In this document: positions 20,082 through 29,617 of the stretch, one piece after another
Position numbering within the stretch: the stretch's first letter is position 1
Layout of the letters: each line of letters opens with the position of its first letter
Origin: Candidatus Kuenenia stuttgartensis
Lineage (GTDB): Bacteria > Planctomycetota > Brocadiia > Brocadiales > Brocadiaceae
DNA: 32,000 bases
Direction: 5' to 3'
NCBI RefSeq assembly: GCF_900232105.1
Contig: NZ_LT934425.1
Coordinates: 1,860,001-1,892,000 of the forward strand
Notes under the pieces: model-generated
Databases searched by the model: none
What the model was told of the DNA's origin: nothing
The model's input: only the letters and a program-made list of their open reading frames with translations
Program-made: the position numbers and the translations under genes

Positions 20082-20254
20082 GGTAATTAATGAATGAAAA
20101 AAGGTGTATGGGCATGAGTATTCTGTGAAATCTGTAATAACAATAAATTAACGATAGATAAAATTCCAGATTTTTTCAGATATTCCAGGTAAAATACTAT
20201 GTCGGTCATACGTTTTGACCGTATATCAATGTTACTATTAAACAGTTTTGCAAA

Positions 20255-20746
20255 ATGAATATTTGGGAAATAATACTATTTGCCGTATCAATGGTTATCA
20301 TGATTGCGGGCATGCTGGGTATTGTGCTTCCAATACTCCCCAGTATCCCGTTAATTTGGTTCGGGGCTTTTTTTTATGCCGTCTTCACGGGTTTCAGCGA
20401 AATAACGTGGAAACTGTTGTTGCTATTTGCTCTGTTAACGGTATTTTCCATAGTTATCGAAAACATAGGCAATGTGTACGGCGCCAGGAGATTCGGCGCT
20501 ACGAAATGGGGGATTGCAGGGTCGATCATGGGCAGCGTTGCAGGGTTTTTCTGGGCAGGGGCAATTGGATTAATTGTAGGGCCTGTTATCGGCACCATTA
20601 TTTTTGAAATAATTGGCGGGAAAAATTACGCAGGCGCTATGAAATCAGGCCTGGGTAATTTTATCGGTTTTGTTGGCGGAACCCTGATGAAAGGGATTAT
20701 TGGAACGACAATGATCGTTATTTTTGTATGGAAGGTTTTTGGCTAA
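20255..20746 (+). CDS. DUF456-family small membrane protein
   Basis: 163 aa glycine-rich membrane protein: GMLGIVLPILPSIPLIWFG, YGARRFGATKWGIAGSIMGSVAGFF, LIVGPVIGTIIFEIIGG. Confidence 0.85.
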   Translation: MNIWEIILFAVSMVIMIAGMLGIVLPILPSIPLIWFGAFFYAVFTGFSEITWKLLLLFALLTVFSIVIENIGNVYGARRFGATKWGIAGSIMGSVAGFFWAGAIGLIVGPVIGTIIFEIIGGKNYAGAMKSGLGNFIGFVGGTLMKGIIGTTMIVIFVWKVFG

Positions 20747-20770
20747 GAAAACCACCTCCCCTTGCCAACG

Positions 20771-22567
20771 TTATTTGCCATCAAAAGCGGCTGACGGTTT
20801 TTCTTGTTTTTGCGGCAATATGACCGTAAAGGTACTCCCCTTGCCGACCGTACTTTTCAGTTTAATGGCGCCATTATGAAGGTTTACTATATGTTTGACG
20901 ATAGAAAGACCTAACCCTGTTCCGCCCATTTCCCTTGAACGTGCCGGGTCTATCCGGTAAAACCTCTCAAAAATACGGGGAATATGCTCGTGTGGTATTC
21001 CGATACCCGTATCTGAAACTTCAATTTGTATTGTTTCCTCCGCCGGAGAGATTGAAAGCCTGATGTCCCCGCTCTCGTGCGTATATTTTATTGCATTGTC
21101 AAGAAGGTTTGTCAGTAGCTGCCTTAAAAGGTATTCATTTGATTCTACAGTGGGGAGGTTTTGTGAGATGTGCAGGCGAAACGATTGTTTCTTTTCCTCG
21201 CAGTGTTCCTTGTAGGTGTGCAATATATCCTCAATACACTCATATATGTTTAATTCATGAAGCTCCATTTTCAATTCGTTCGTTTCCAGCTTTGAGAGTT
21301 CCAAAATATCTTTAATCAAATTATCAAGTCTTTGTGTATGTTTCATAATAACTTTCAAACTGTTATACGTATGCCCGCCCCCAGCGGCATAGTTTTCCAA
21401 CAGCGTTTCCACATATCCCCTGATTGAGGTAAGAGGTGTCCTTAATTCGTGAGAAACATTGGCGACAAACTCCTTCCTGGTGTTTTCCAATTTTCTTAAA
21501 TCAGTAATGTCGTGGAATACAATGAGAATTCCTATGGTATTATTGTCTTTTTGAAGCAGGGAAAACTGCGTCTGAAGCAGCTTTTTCTTTGGGGAAGCGT
21601 ATTCTATTTCTGTCGTAAATCCGGTATTGGTTTTCATTGTCTGTTTTACCAGTATTTGCAGCGTTTCATTTCTTATCCTTTCCCACAAATAATCCCTGCC
21701 AGGCGTTATCTCTGCTATGCCAAAAAATGTCATTGCCGTATTGTTTATAAGCAAAATCCTTTCCTGTAAATCCACCACTATGATGGCGTCGTTCATATTA
21801 TTTATGATAGCCGTCAACCTTTTTTCACTATCGGAAATTATTTGTTGTTGCGCCTGCAAACGGTTTCCCATCGTATTAACTGCTTTGGCAAGTTCCTTCG
21901 TACCATTCCGGGAAGAAATATCCGCCCTCATCGTAAAATCACCCCGGAGAAAATCCATGGCAATTCCGGTAATTTCTGCTACCGGGGAAAGGATTCGTTC
22001 GATAATGATGAATCCTATGGCAGCACTAACAGCAAAAAGAATTAAAAGGCACACGGTAATTTTTTTTGAAACAGCGGAGATCGCGGCGTGAGCGTGTTCA
22101 AAAGGGGAAATAACGACAAGGAGTTTTATATCCACATCAGGAATAGCAATAGGTAAAGATATGCGTGATACCCGGTGTAATTTATCGTGAAATATAGTGT
22201 TTTCCCCGCCGCTAAGCAGGCGTGCGAGAACGTTATCCTCCGTGAATGTTTCCGGTATATTTTTATTTAAGGAAGTATAGGCAACACTTCCGGCAGCATC
22301 CGTGATAACAATGCCGACCTTGAGTAAATTACCGATATCTTCACAGGCAGAAACAATCTTTCCCCTGTCGTTTCCCTGCAGCACGTTTTTCAAAGAATTA
22401 TATACTGCAGATGATTTTGAAAGAATATTTTCGTCGAGAAGGGTTACATGATGCGATTTCAGTGTTCTGTGAACGTAATAAAAGGCGGAGAAGAAACAAA
22501 CGGATAACAGTAAAAAAAGGAGGAAACATGCTTTAAAAACCGGCTTGTGTTTCAACATGCTTGCCAT
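20771..22567 (-). CDS. PhoR-like membrane sensor histidine kinase (HAMP-PAS-HisKA-HATPase)
   Basis: Two TMs, HAMP-like segment, PAS-like segment, HisKA box VSHELRTPLTSIRGYVETLLENYA, and ATPase motifs DNAIKYT, VSDTGIGIPHEHIPRIFERFYR, GTGLGLSIVKHIV. Confidence 0.95.
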   Translation of the reverse strand: MASMLKHKPVFKACFLLFLLLSVCFFSAFYYVHRTLKSHHVTLLDENILSKSSAVYNSLKNVLQGNDRGKIVSACEDIGNLLKVGIVITDAAGSVAYTSLNKNIPETFTEDNVLARLLSGGENTIFHDKLHRVSRISLPIAIPDVDIKLLVVISPFEHAHAAISAVSKKITVCLLILFAVSAAIGFIIIERILSPVAEITGIAMDFLRGDFTMRADISSRNGTKELAKAVNTMGNRLQAQQQIISDSEKRLTAIINNMNDAIIVVDLQERILLINNTAMTFFGIAEITPGRDYLWERIRNETLQILVKQTMKTNTGFTTEIEYASPKKKLLQTQFSLLQKDNNTIGILIVFHDITDLRKLENTRKEFVANVSHELRTPLTSIRGYVETLLENYAAGGGHTYNSLKVIMKHTQRLDNLIKDILELSKLETNELKMELHELNIYECIEDILHTYKEHCEEKKQSFRLHISQNLPTVESNEYLLRQLLTNLLDNAIKYTHESGDIRLSISPAEETIQIEVSDTGIGIPHEHIPRIFERFYRIDPARSREMGGTGLGLSIVKHIVNLHNGAIKLKSTVGKGSTFTVILPQKQEKPSAAFDGK

Positions 22568-23244
22568 TCCATGAATTTGTATCCAATGCCTCGTATCGTT
22601 ATGATGTGGTTTTTAAACGACTTCAGTTTTTTTCGCAGGGACGCTATATGAACATCAATCGTCCTGTCAATAATAATTGTTTCCACTCCGGCGATTGCAT
22701 CAATCAATTGGTCCCTGGTAAATACGCGGCCCGGTTTGCCTGCCAATTGACACAATAGTTTGAATTCGGTAAGTGTCAGGGGGATGACATCGTGTCCGAT
22801 TTTTACTTCATAGTTGTCCATGTTAATTTTCAGATCGCCTATTTCTAACAATTCCTTTTTAAAGGAAGCATTCTTTGTGCGTCTTAGTACGGAATGTACC
22901 CGCGCTACGAGTTCCTTCGGGCTGAATGGCTTTGTAACATAATCGTCTGCTCCGAGTTTGAGGCCGCGTGTTATATCGTCTTCTTCTCCCCTGGCGGTCA
23001 ACATGATTATGGCAGCATCGGACAATGCTTCATCTGACTTTAAACGCTTGCATACTTCCAGACCGTTCATTCCGGGAAGCATAATATCCAGGATGATAAG
23101 CGCCGGCCGTTCCGATTTCGACAACTCAAGCGCTGCCTCGCCATCCAAGGCGGTAATCGTTTTGTAACCATCCTTTTCCAGATGGTACATAATAAGGTTT
23201 ACAATATCCCGTTCATCATCTACGATCAGTATGGTTTCATTCAT
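22552..23244 (-). CDS. PhoB-like response regulator (receiver + winged helix)
   Basis: NETILIVDDERDIVNLIMYHLEKDGY, PALIILDIMLPGMNGLEVCK, KLGADDYVTKPFSPKEL, C-terminal TLTEFKLLCQLAGKPGRVFTRDQL...DVHIASLRKKL. Start chosen at MNETILIVDD rather than the longer ORF start at 23268. Confidence 0.94.
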   Translation of the reverse strand: MNETILIVDDERDIVNLIMYHLEKDGYKTITALDGEAALELSKSERPALIILDIMLPGMNGLEVCKRLKSDEALSDAAIIMLTARGEEDDITRGLKLGADDYVTKPFSPKELVARVHSVLRRTKNASFKKELLEIGDLKINMDNYEVKIGHDVIPLTLTEFKLLCQLAGKPGRVFTRDQLIDAIAGVETIIIDRTIDVHIASLRKKLKSFKNHIITIRGIGYKFMEWQAC

Positions 23245-23824
23245 TTGCGCAAGACTGCTCGTTTTCATTTCGATAATAATAATAGTACACTATTTGTGCA
23301 AACGTCTCTAAAGTGGCAGCTCCTTTTCCAAGGGTAGTAAGATATTCTTTAAAGGCGGGTATATTTTTAAAATTTTCTGACACATAATGCGCCACAAATG
23401 TTTCTGCGGAAAGAAAGTTTAGTTCAGGCCCCTTATCTTCGGGGCTCTGATAGATTTTAAACGCCACAATATCGGTAATTTTTTTTAAGTCGGTGTCTTT
23501 TGCCGTAGAGATAAGATTTTTTACCACCTCAAAGTCAAGGAAATGATTCTCCCTGTAATATTCATAAATTATATCTGCGAACTGATGAACAGACAATATT
23601 CCTTTGCTAAGATGTGACAGCCTTTCCCGGAAGGAAGGAATGTCGGGAAAATTTTCTGATATGTATTGGACGATAGCATCAATCGCGGCAATGTAGTTCG
23701 CTTTTTCCCCAAGATTTTCCTGGCTCTCATATATTTTGTATGCCACGAGTTCCGTTATTTTTTTGAGCGCAACATCTTTTTTGCCGGAAAGAGCATTTTT
23801 AAGCAATTGTTTATCGATGGTCAT
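23237..23824 (-). CDS. 195-aa protein with internal ~75-aa tandem duplication, function unknown
   Basis: LKKITELVAYKIYESQENLG...YISENFPDIPSFRERLSHLSKGILSVHQFADIIYEYYREN repeats as LKKITDIVAFKIYQSPEDKG...YVSENFKNIPAFKEYLTTLGKGAATLETFAQIVYYYYYRN. Stop overlaps the response-regulator start. Confidence 0.8.
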   Translation of the reverse strand: MTIDKQLLKNALSGKKDVALKKITELVAYKIYESQENLGEKANYIAAIDAIVQYISENFPDIPSFRERLSHLSKGILSVHQFADIIYEYYRENHFLDFEVVKNLISTAKDTDLKKITDIVAFKIYQSPEDKGPELNFLSAETFVAHYVSENFKNIPAFKEYLTTLGKGAATLETFAQIVYYYYYRNENEQSCANE

Positions 23825-24078
23825 GTATTTTCCTTTGAGAAAGAAAACGGATAATTTTGTACTTGGACAAGATAAGGATATGTTTTAAAATATTGGAACA
23901 AATGTGGCAACAATAAAATTGGCAAAATAAAAGAAAGGGGTACGGTTAATTGCGTAATTTGCCACATTAATACATACCGTACAAAGGTAGTTGGTGTTTT
24001 AGAAAACGAAACGGTTGCATAGGGATTGACGCAATGTTTCTTTAACAGAGTACACATAATACAGGGTGGATTGTTCAA

Positions 24079-24522
24079 ATGAAAACAGAATCAAAAAAAA
24101 GGGCGCTTTCACCAATAAAACTGCCCAAATATAACTTCACCCTCCGTGCTCCTGAATTTCAGAGGGAGGGGGAAGAGTTTATTGTCTGGTTTTTCGAAGG
24201 GATCATTGAAAAGGTACCGGATTATGTTGAGTGTCTTATGTATTTAGGCAATGCTTACACTGAAACGGGCAGGTACGAAAAGGGTCTTCTGATTGACCTG
24301 AAACTGTGCCGCCTGCGAAAAGATGACCCGTTTGTGCATTACAATCTGGCATGCAGTTATGCGTTGCTTAAAAATACAGAAGAAGCGTTTATTGCACTGG
24401 AAAAGGCAATAGATTTGGGCTACAACGATATTTACTATATTAAAAACGACAAAGACCTTGCGGTTCTCAGAAAAGACCTTCGGTATAAAAACCTGTTAAA
24501 AAAAATCTCAAAAAAGGCATAG
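24079..24522 (+). CDS. small TPR-repeat protein
   Basis: 147 aa with VECLMYLGNAYTETGRYEKGLLIDLKLCRLRKDDPFVHYNLACSYALLKNTEEAFIALEKAIDLG. Confidence 0.8.
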   Translation: MKTESKKRALSPIKLPKYNFTLRAPEFQREGEEFIVWFFEGIIEKVPDYVECLMYLGNAYTETGRYEKGLLIDLKLCRLRKDDPFVHYNLACSYALLKNTEEAFIALEKAIDLGYNDIYYIKNDKDLAVLRKDLRYKNLLKKISKKA

Positions 24523-24642
24523 TTTCAAGAACAGGAAAAGTAGTATCAAAGTAGTTTTTTAGGGTGCATTCCCGATTTTTTGTAAATATTTGCGAATATC
24601 TGTCGGTTGACAGATATTGTATTAGAAGCATCTTGCTTGATT

Positions 24643-24684
24643 AACCCTGACAGGGTTCGGAACCCTGTCAGGGTTGTTTTTTTT
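24643..24684 (+). terminator. strong rho-independent terminator; nested palindrome, possibly a dispersed repeat
   Basis: AACCCTGACAGGGTT-CGG-AACCCTGTCAGGGTT-GTTTTTTTT: 15-bp perfect stem, 3-nt loop, 8-T tract. Confidence 0.93.
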
Positions 24685-24759
24685 ATTTTCAAGCTATGAA
24701 GGCAGGATTGGTTACCATAAAAATTTATCCGTACCGCATGAGTGGCCCGTTCCTGCTCC

Positions 24760-25524
24760 TTATTCCCTCTCCCGCCAGGCCTTGTACGCACATTGAATAC
24801 CTTCCAGCGTAAGGTGCGGTGTTATGGAAGCGATTGACGGTATCTCCCGCGCCAGTATAGGTGCGCTTCCCCCTGTTGCAATGATCGCCGGTGTATCGCG
24901 GAGTTCCTTGCAAATGAGTTCAATGTATTGTTTTACCATTCCGATTGCGCCCCAGTAAATTCCTGACCGTATCGCTTCGACGGTGTTTCTGCCTAAAATA
25001 GTATCAGGTTTTTTCGTGATGGATACTTCTGGCAGCAGAGCAGTAGCATGGTGTAATGCCTTTGAAGAAATAGCCATGCCGGGAGCAATAATACCGCCGA
25101 GAAAGGCGCCGTGATTATTTATAACATCAACGGTAATTGCAGTGCCGGCGTCAATTATTATTGCCGAATCATGGAATCGTTCATATGCGGCAACCGCATT
25201 CAGCAATCTGTCGGCGCCAATTTTTTCCGGGTACTCTGCAAAAACAGACAAAGGAACGGGAATATCTTTTCCGATTTTTTGGGGTGACACATGTAACCGG
25301 GTTTTTATGCATTCGAAGAGAACCTCTTCTGGTTTTGGGTTTACGGAGGAAATAATCACGGCAGAAACACTGTTTTTGAGAGAACAAGTGGATATTGCTT
25401 TTGCGAGGCTATCATGCAGCATATGCGGCTCGCTGCTGCTGAGGGAAAAGGATGAGCGTAAAACATCCCCCTCAAAAACTCCGGCGTGGATGTTCGTATT
25501 GCCAATATCAATTGCCAGCCACAT
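24760..25524 (-). CDS. coaX: type III pantothenate kinase
   Basis: MWLAIDIGNTNIHAGVFEGD, IGADRLLNAVAAYE, IDAGTAITVDVIN, FLGGIIAPGMAIS, ATGG. Confidence 0.95.
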   Translation of the reverse strand: MWLAIDIGNTNIHAGVFEGDVLRSSFSLSSSEPHMLHDSLAKAISTCSLKNSVSAVIISSVNPKPEEVLFECIKTRLHVSPQKIGKDIPVPLSVFAEYPEKIGADRLLNAVAAYERFHDSAIIIDAGTAITVDVINNHGAFLGGIIAPGMAISSKALHHATALLPEVSITKKPDTILGRNTVEAIRSGIYWGAIGMVKQYIELICKELRDTPAIIATGGSAPILAREIPSIASITPHLTLEGIQCAYKAWRERE

Positions 25525-25538
25525 GGCGCCGCTCCCGA

Positions 25539-26543
25539 TTAAGCAGTGTCTTTTTGTAATGTTTTGGACAACAAATAAATCAGGCTACTCAAATTTTTTC
25601 CAGTTATTGTTGAGACGGGGCAGACAGGGTGGGAAATATTTTCTTCAAGCTTTTTAATGCATGCAGCGCCAGTTTCTTCGTCAAGGAGGTCCATTTTATT
25701 CGCAACAACAATTTCGGTTTTTTCCGTGAGTTTTGGATTGTACTGTTTTAATTCATTACGGATGATACGGTATGCCTCTAACGGGTCTTTTTCCGGGAAA
25801 ACAGAGGCGTCCAGCATGTGTACCAGCACCTTTGTTCTTTCAATATGCCGTAAAAATTCGTCTCCAAGCCCTATGCCTTTATGTGCGCCTTCTATGAGGC
25901 CGGGGATATCTGCGACGATAAAGCGCCGGAAGTTTTCTATTTCTACAACACCCAGTTGTGGCTGTAATGTGGTAAAGGGATAATCTGCTATTTTGGGCCT
26001 TGCCTTGGAAATACGGGAGAGCAATGTAGATTTTCCCGCGTTTGGCATACCAATAAGACCGGCGTCCGCAAAAAGTTTTAGCTCTAAAATCAGCCATCGT
26101 GCCTCGCCGGGCTGCCCATCTTCTGCCTCACGGGGGACGCGGTTCGTTGCGGTGGCAAAATGCTTGTTCCCCCTACCGCCCTTTCCGCCTCTGGCGATGA
26201 CTATGCTTTCTCCGGCAGTGCTCATGTCCTTCAGGATACGGTCGCTCTCTTTGTCTTTTATTAAGGTGCCTCGCGGCAATAAGAGGACGATATCTTTTCC
26301 GTCCTTGCCGTTTTTGTTCGATCCTTTTCCGTGGATGCCATTATCTGCAATGTGTTTGACTCTGGAGGTAATGTCTAAAAGGGTTTCTATCTTTTCGCTT
26401 GCCAACAAGATAATATCACCCCCTTTCCCGCCATCGCCTCCGTTTGGGCCGCCATGTGGAACATATTTTTCCCTGCGGAAACTGACGCAGCCGTTTCCCC
26501 CATCCCCGCCTTTTACATAAATAACGGCTTCATCTACAAACAC
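25539..26543 (-). CDS. obgE: Obg-family GTPase
   Basis: MFVDEAVIYVKGGDGGNGCVSFRREKYVPHGGPNGGDGGKGGD, GLIGMPNAGKSTLLS, TTLQPQLGVV, DIPGLIEGAHKGIGLG, NKMDL. Confidence 0.97.
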   Translation of the reverse strand: MFVDEAVIYVKGGDGGNGCVSFRREKYVPHGGPNGGDGGKGGDIILLASEKIETLLDITSRVKHIADNGIHGKGSNKNGKDGKDIVLLLPRGTLIKDKESDRILKDMSTAGESIVIARGGKGGRGNKHFATATNRVPREAEDGQPGEARWLILELKLFADAGLIGMPNAGKSTLLSRISKARPKIADYPFTTLQPQLGVVEIENFRRFIVADIPGLIEGAHKGIGLGDEFLRHIERTKVLVHMLDASVFPEKDPLEAYRIIRNELKQYNPKLTEKTEIVVANKMDLLDEETGAACIKKLEENISHPVCPVSTITGKNLSSLIYLLSKTLQKDTA

Positions 26544-26720
26544 AATGCGTAACTCCGAAAAAATACAAGGATAAACAAAAAGGATACGTAATCAAAAAAA
26601 CGATATCCCGAAAATAAAAGGTAAAATTTATAGTAATGCTATGGGTTTGCCTGGTTAATACTGTAGAGAGGTCTTAAAATCAGGGGTGATTGATGCACCA
26701 TATCCCGCTCCCCATGTGTT

Positions 26721-27335
26721 TCACTTTCGCAACAGGCTGAAATAGGAAAACAGTTGTTCTTTTTTGGCAGGGGTAATATGTGTTTCTCCCGTTTCCCCGA
26801 TAAGTTCGAATTGACCGCCGAATGCATCTGAAATTTTCTCCGCGTTGTATTGGACAACGTTCAGGCCGCTGCACTTCATTGGGCCGCCAACCGCAAAAGC
26901 GGCAATAATACAATATCCACCAGGCCTCAACGTTTTTCCTAAAATCTCAACATATTTTTCCCGGTCTCCCGGATCTGTCAGAAAATGAAAAACAGCCCGG
27001 TCGTGCCACAGCGAAAATTGCCGGCGAGAAGAAAACTCTGTTATGTCGGTTTCAAACCATTCGACATATTGCGCTTTATTCCCTAATCTGTTCCTGGCGA
27101 AATCAAGTGCTTTTGATGAGATATCCAGCGCCGCCAGCCGCGTGTATCCTTTCTCTAAAAGACGGTCTACCAATACAGACGCACCGCCTCCCACGTCGAT
27201 AACGGGTTCATTTTTTTCCAACTGGCAATTTTCAATCAAGCGCAAGGAAACGGATGGTTCATTTTGATACCAACTAACCTCAAAAGGCGATTTATCCGAA
27301 TACACCCGTTCCCAGTGATCTTTTCTCTTTGTCAT
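26721..27335 (-). CDS. class I SAM-dependent methyltransferase
   Basis: KDHWERVYSDKSPFEVSWYQNEPSVSL, PVIDVGGGASVLVDRLLEKGYTRLAALDIS, LWHDRAVFHFL, GKTLRPGGYCIIAAFAVGGPMKCSGL. Start chosen at MTKRKDHW; the ORF extends to 27347. Confidence 0.87.
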   Translation of the reverse strand: MTKRKDHWERVYSDKSPFEVSWYQNEPSVSLRLIENCQLEKNEPVIDVGGGASVLVDRLLEKGYTRLAALDISSKALDFARNRLGNKAQYVEWFETDITEFSSRRQFSLWHDRAVFHFLTDPGDREKYVEILGKTLRPGGYCIIAAFAVGGPMKCSGLNVVQYNAEKISDAFGGQFELIGETGETHITPAKKEQLFSYFSLLRK

Positions 27336-27543
27336 ATTAAAGGACATTCAGACATGCTGTAAATCTTTTACGTCACGAATTAACAGGGAAAATGAATTGA
27401 TATAAACGTGTAATTCCCGCACGATTGCCTTCTACTGTACAGCTAAAATGTAGCGTTTTTTTAGTTTAACTCACTTGACCGTTGTGTTGCAACAGGAATT
27501 CTTTGACTGTTCAGTATCGACACATCAACAACCCATCATCGCA

Positions 27544-28158
27544 TTATTCTCTTCTTTGTTTACTTTTAATTCCGGGAAGCCATCTTGGAACCTGCCGGCA
27601 ATACTCTTCGTATTGCTTGCCAAAACGTCCTTTCAGCTCAGGCTCTTCAAAATAAACAACCAATATATGCGCTATTATACTAATCACAATCGCATAAATA
27701 AGTATACCCAGATTAGCAAAGAAGAGAACTTCTCCCCAGATTATCATGAGTTCCGCCAACATAATCGGATTGCGCATAATACGGAAAAACCCATCGGTAA
27801 CAAGATTTTTCGGCGCATCCAACATGAGAGGAGTCCCCCTGCCTTTATGGCTGAAAACCCAAAGACAGTGTATCCACATAACCATACCGGCACATACAAG
27901 AAGCCCTCCGCCCCACATGCCAATTGCCGGAGGAATCGGCGCCTTTACCGTAATTATACGCTGCGCCGCACATGGCAAAACAACCATGAATACTGCAATG
28001 AACAAGAAGGCATTCAACAGCGATTTCCCCCACAATATCACCGTATTCTGTGTCTTGCTTTCCCGTACCCTTGGCCGATACAATTTAAATGCCGCCACCG
28101 CCGTTCCTTTCACGATTCCCGCCGGTACCATTCCCCTGTGATTTTTCCATGCCGGCAA
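27544..28158 (-). CDS. isoprenylcysteine carboxyl methyltransferase (ICMT)-like membrane methyltransferase
   Basis: Membrane protein with the family C-terminal pattern GFFRIMRNPIMLAELMIIWGE...EEPELKGRFGKQYEEYCRQVPRWLP. True start is probably downstream of the ORF start because the ORF overlaps the kinase 3' remnant. Confidence 0.78.
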   Translation of the reverse strand: MPAWKNHRGMVPAGIVKGTAVAAFKLYRPRVRESKTQNTVILWGKSLLNAFLFIAVFMVVLPCAAQRIITVKAPIPPAIGMWGGGLLVCAGMVMWIHCLWVFSHKGRGTPLMLDAPKNLVTDGFFRIMRNPIMLAELMIIWGEVLFFANLGILIYAIVISIIAHILVVYFEEPELKGRFGKQYEEYCRQVPRWLPGIKSKQRRE

Positions 28159-28221
28159 GCTTCAATGCCAGGATTACCGCGCCTTTTGCCTGCTCTTCCG
28201 CAAGCAATACCGGCATTGCCC
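28085..28221 (-). pseudogene. 3' remnant of the BadF-type ATPase/sugar kinase gene, separated by IS insertion
   Basis: Encodes (GA)MPVLLAEEQAKGAVILALKLAGMEK..., which continues PLVHKVRQSAPGAMP of the 29607..30557 fragment across the 11-bp duplication. Confidence 0.88.
28211..28221. repeat. left target-site duplication
   Basis: CGGCATTGCCC, identical to 29607-29617. Confidence 0.93.
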
Positions 28222-29513
28222 CATAAGCGCTAACTTGTTTTAGGTGCGCTCGAAGTATTTTGATATCTGTGTTTTTTCGGATTCTTGTATTTTCTGCTAA
28301 AGAACAAGCAATGTCATTCCAGCACTTAAGAACTTCCTGTAATGATAACGCTGGTTCTATAGCCCGTTTTACTTGATTAAGCATAAAAGCAAATTCACGC
28401 CATTTGCTTTTAGTCTTCTTGCTTGACAATGAAGTATCCCCAGGGGGAAAAAGACGTAGCAAAATCTATTAGTTTTTCTGTCAAAAGAGCAACGAATAGT
28501 TTGCCATAAAGCCAAGCTTTTGAGCTATCATCATCGTATTTAGGTAAGTGTCCAAATTGTGCTATTTGTTTAAATCTTTTAAAGACCAGTTCAATTTGCC
28601 ATCGAACTCGATACCATTCTAAGATATCAAAAGCGGTAAATTGATTTTCAGGAAACGTTGTGAATACTATTACGTACTTGGCATAAATAAGGGTCTCCGG
28701 TTTTAGTTCAATGCCCTTTTTGCTTGCATGTCTTTTAAGTTTTTTATGAGCTATTTTAATGGCTTCTTCTGTTTTGCGTATTATACAAAGACGACCTTTG
28801 ACATATTCAGTATTATCAACGTTTGGAATAAAAACGTTCCATGATTTTATAGCAAGGGGTCTTTTTAAATATTGGATTTCTTTCAATAAAGGAAAGGGTT
28901 TCTTTTCTTCGCCGAATATCCGTAGAGATTGCGAATTAACTCTAACGCTAAGATAAGCGCCTTTCCTTGTTGCATGATGAATTCCTTGGCCAGTACAGTA
29001 ACCTCTGTCAGCTATAATATAATCATCTTTTTTCATCGGAAACTGCCGAAAAGATTCTCCTGTGCCTTCTCCTTCAGTTCCCGTAAGTTTAAAGAAATCG
29101 CAAGATAATGAAGGAACCTCAATACTATAATGAATGCGCCAAAGACTTCCTGTTTTCCCAGGTTCCTTTACTGTTGTTGCATCAAATAAGCGAAGATGAA
29201 AATTATTCCGTTTATTAATTTGGAGGCCACGCTCACGGAATAAAGATAAACATAATTTATATAGCCATTCTTTGCTCTTTTTTAATCGCTTTAATAAGGC
29301 AACATCGGATAAATCTGCTAAGTTAGCACGCTTGGCTAGAACTACTGTTTCACGCAATGAATAGCCACATCCTAAATGAATTAATAATGTTCGAAGAAGC
29401 TTTTCTTCAGATTTATCCTTGCGCAAGCCTTTTAAAGCATTTGTATCAACGGCTAAACTTTTCCAATCGTTTGGGAAGAAAGTTCTTAGAAGATCCCAAT
29501 CTTCTCTCATCAT
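28222..29513 (-). pseudogene. IS4-family DDE transposase, apparently frameshifted near 28410-28430
   Basis: Main ORF 28410..29513 has LFDATTVKEPG, DDYIIADRGYC and Y-x2-R-x3-E-x6-K (YRVRWQIELVFKRFK), and ends ...SFSPWGYFIVKQED*. The expected family C-terminus (KSKWREFAFMLNQVKRAIEPALSLQEVLKCWNDIACSLAE) sits in the overlapping ORF 28085..28462 in another frame. Confidence 0.85.
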
Positions 29514-29606
29514 GGCTTTATCCTCCTATAGAGTGATTAGCGGGATAATTAACATAAAAATACCATGATGAATAAAATTTGTCAATAAAACAAGTTAGCG
29601 CTTATG
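28222..29606 (-). mobile_element. IS4-family insertion sequence, 1385 bp
   Basis: 21-bp perfect terminal inverted repeats CATAAGCGCTAACTTGTTTTA (28222-28242 and the reverse complement at 29586-29606), flanked by 11-bp direct repeats CGGCATTGCCC. Encodes a DDE transposase with a YREK motif. Confidence 0.95.
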
Positions 29607-29617
29607 CGGCATTGCCC
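29607..29617. repeat. right target-site duplication
   Basis: CGGCATTGCCC, identical to 28211-28221. Confidence 0.93.

Noticed and set aside
25142-25657. 171-aa plus-strand ORF antisense to coaX
   Set aside because: Shadow frame over an unambiguous type III pantothenate kinase.
27475-28233. 252-aa plus-strand ORF over the ICMT-like gene
   Set aside because: Low-complexity, His/Pro/Arg-rich translation typical of antisense shadow frames. The minus-strand ORF has a clear ICMT-like C-terminal signature.
28222-29606. Idea that the palindromic ends mark a MITE or a defence-related island
   Set aside because: The element is a conventional autonomous-type IS4-family insertion with its own transposase gene, and no cargo genes are present.
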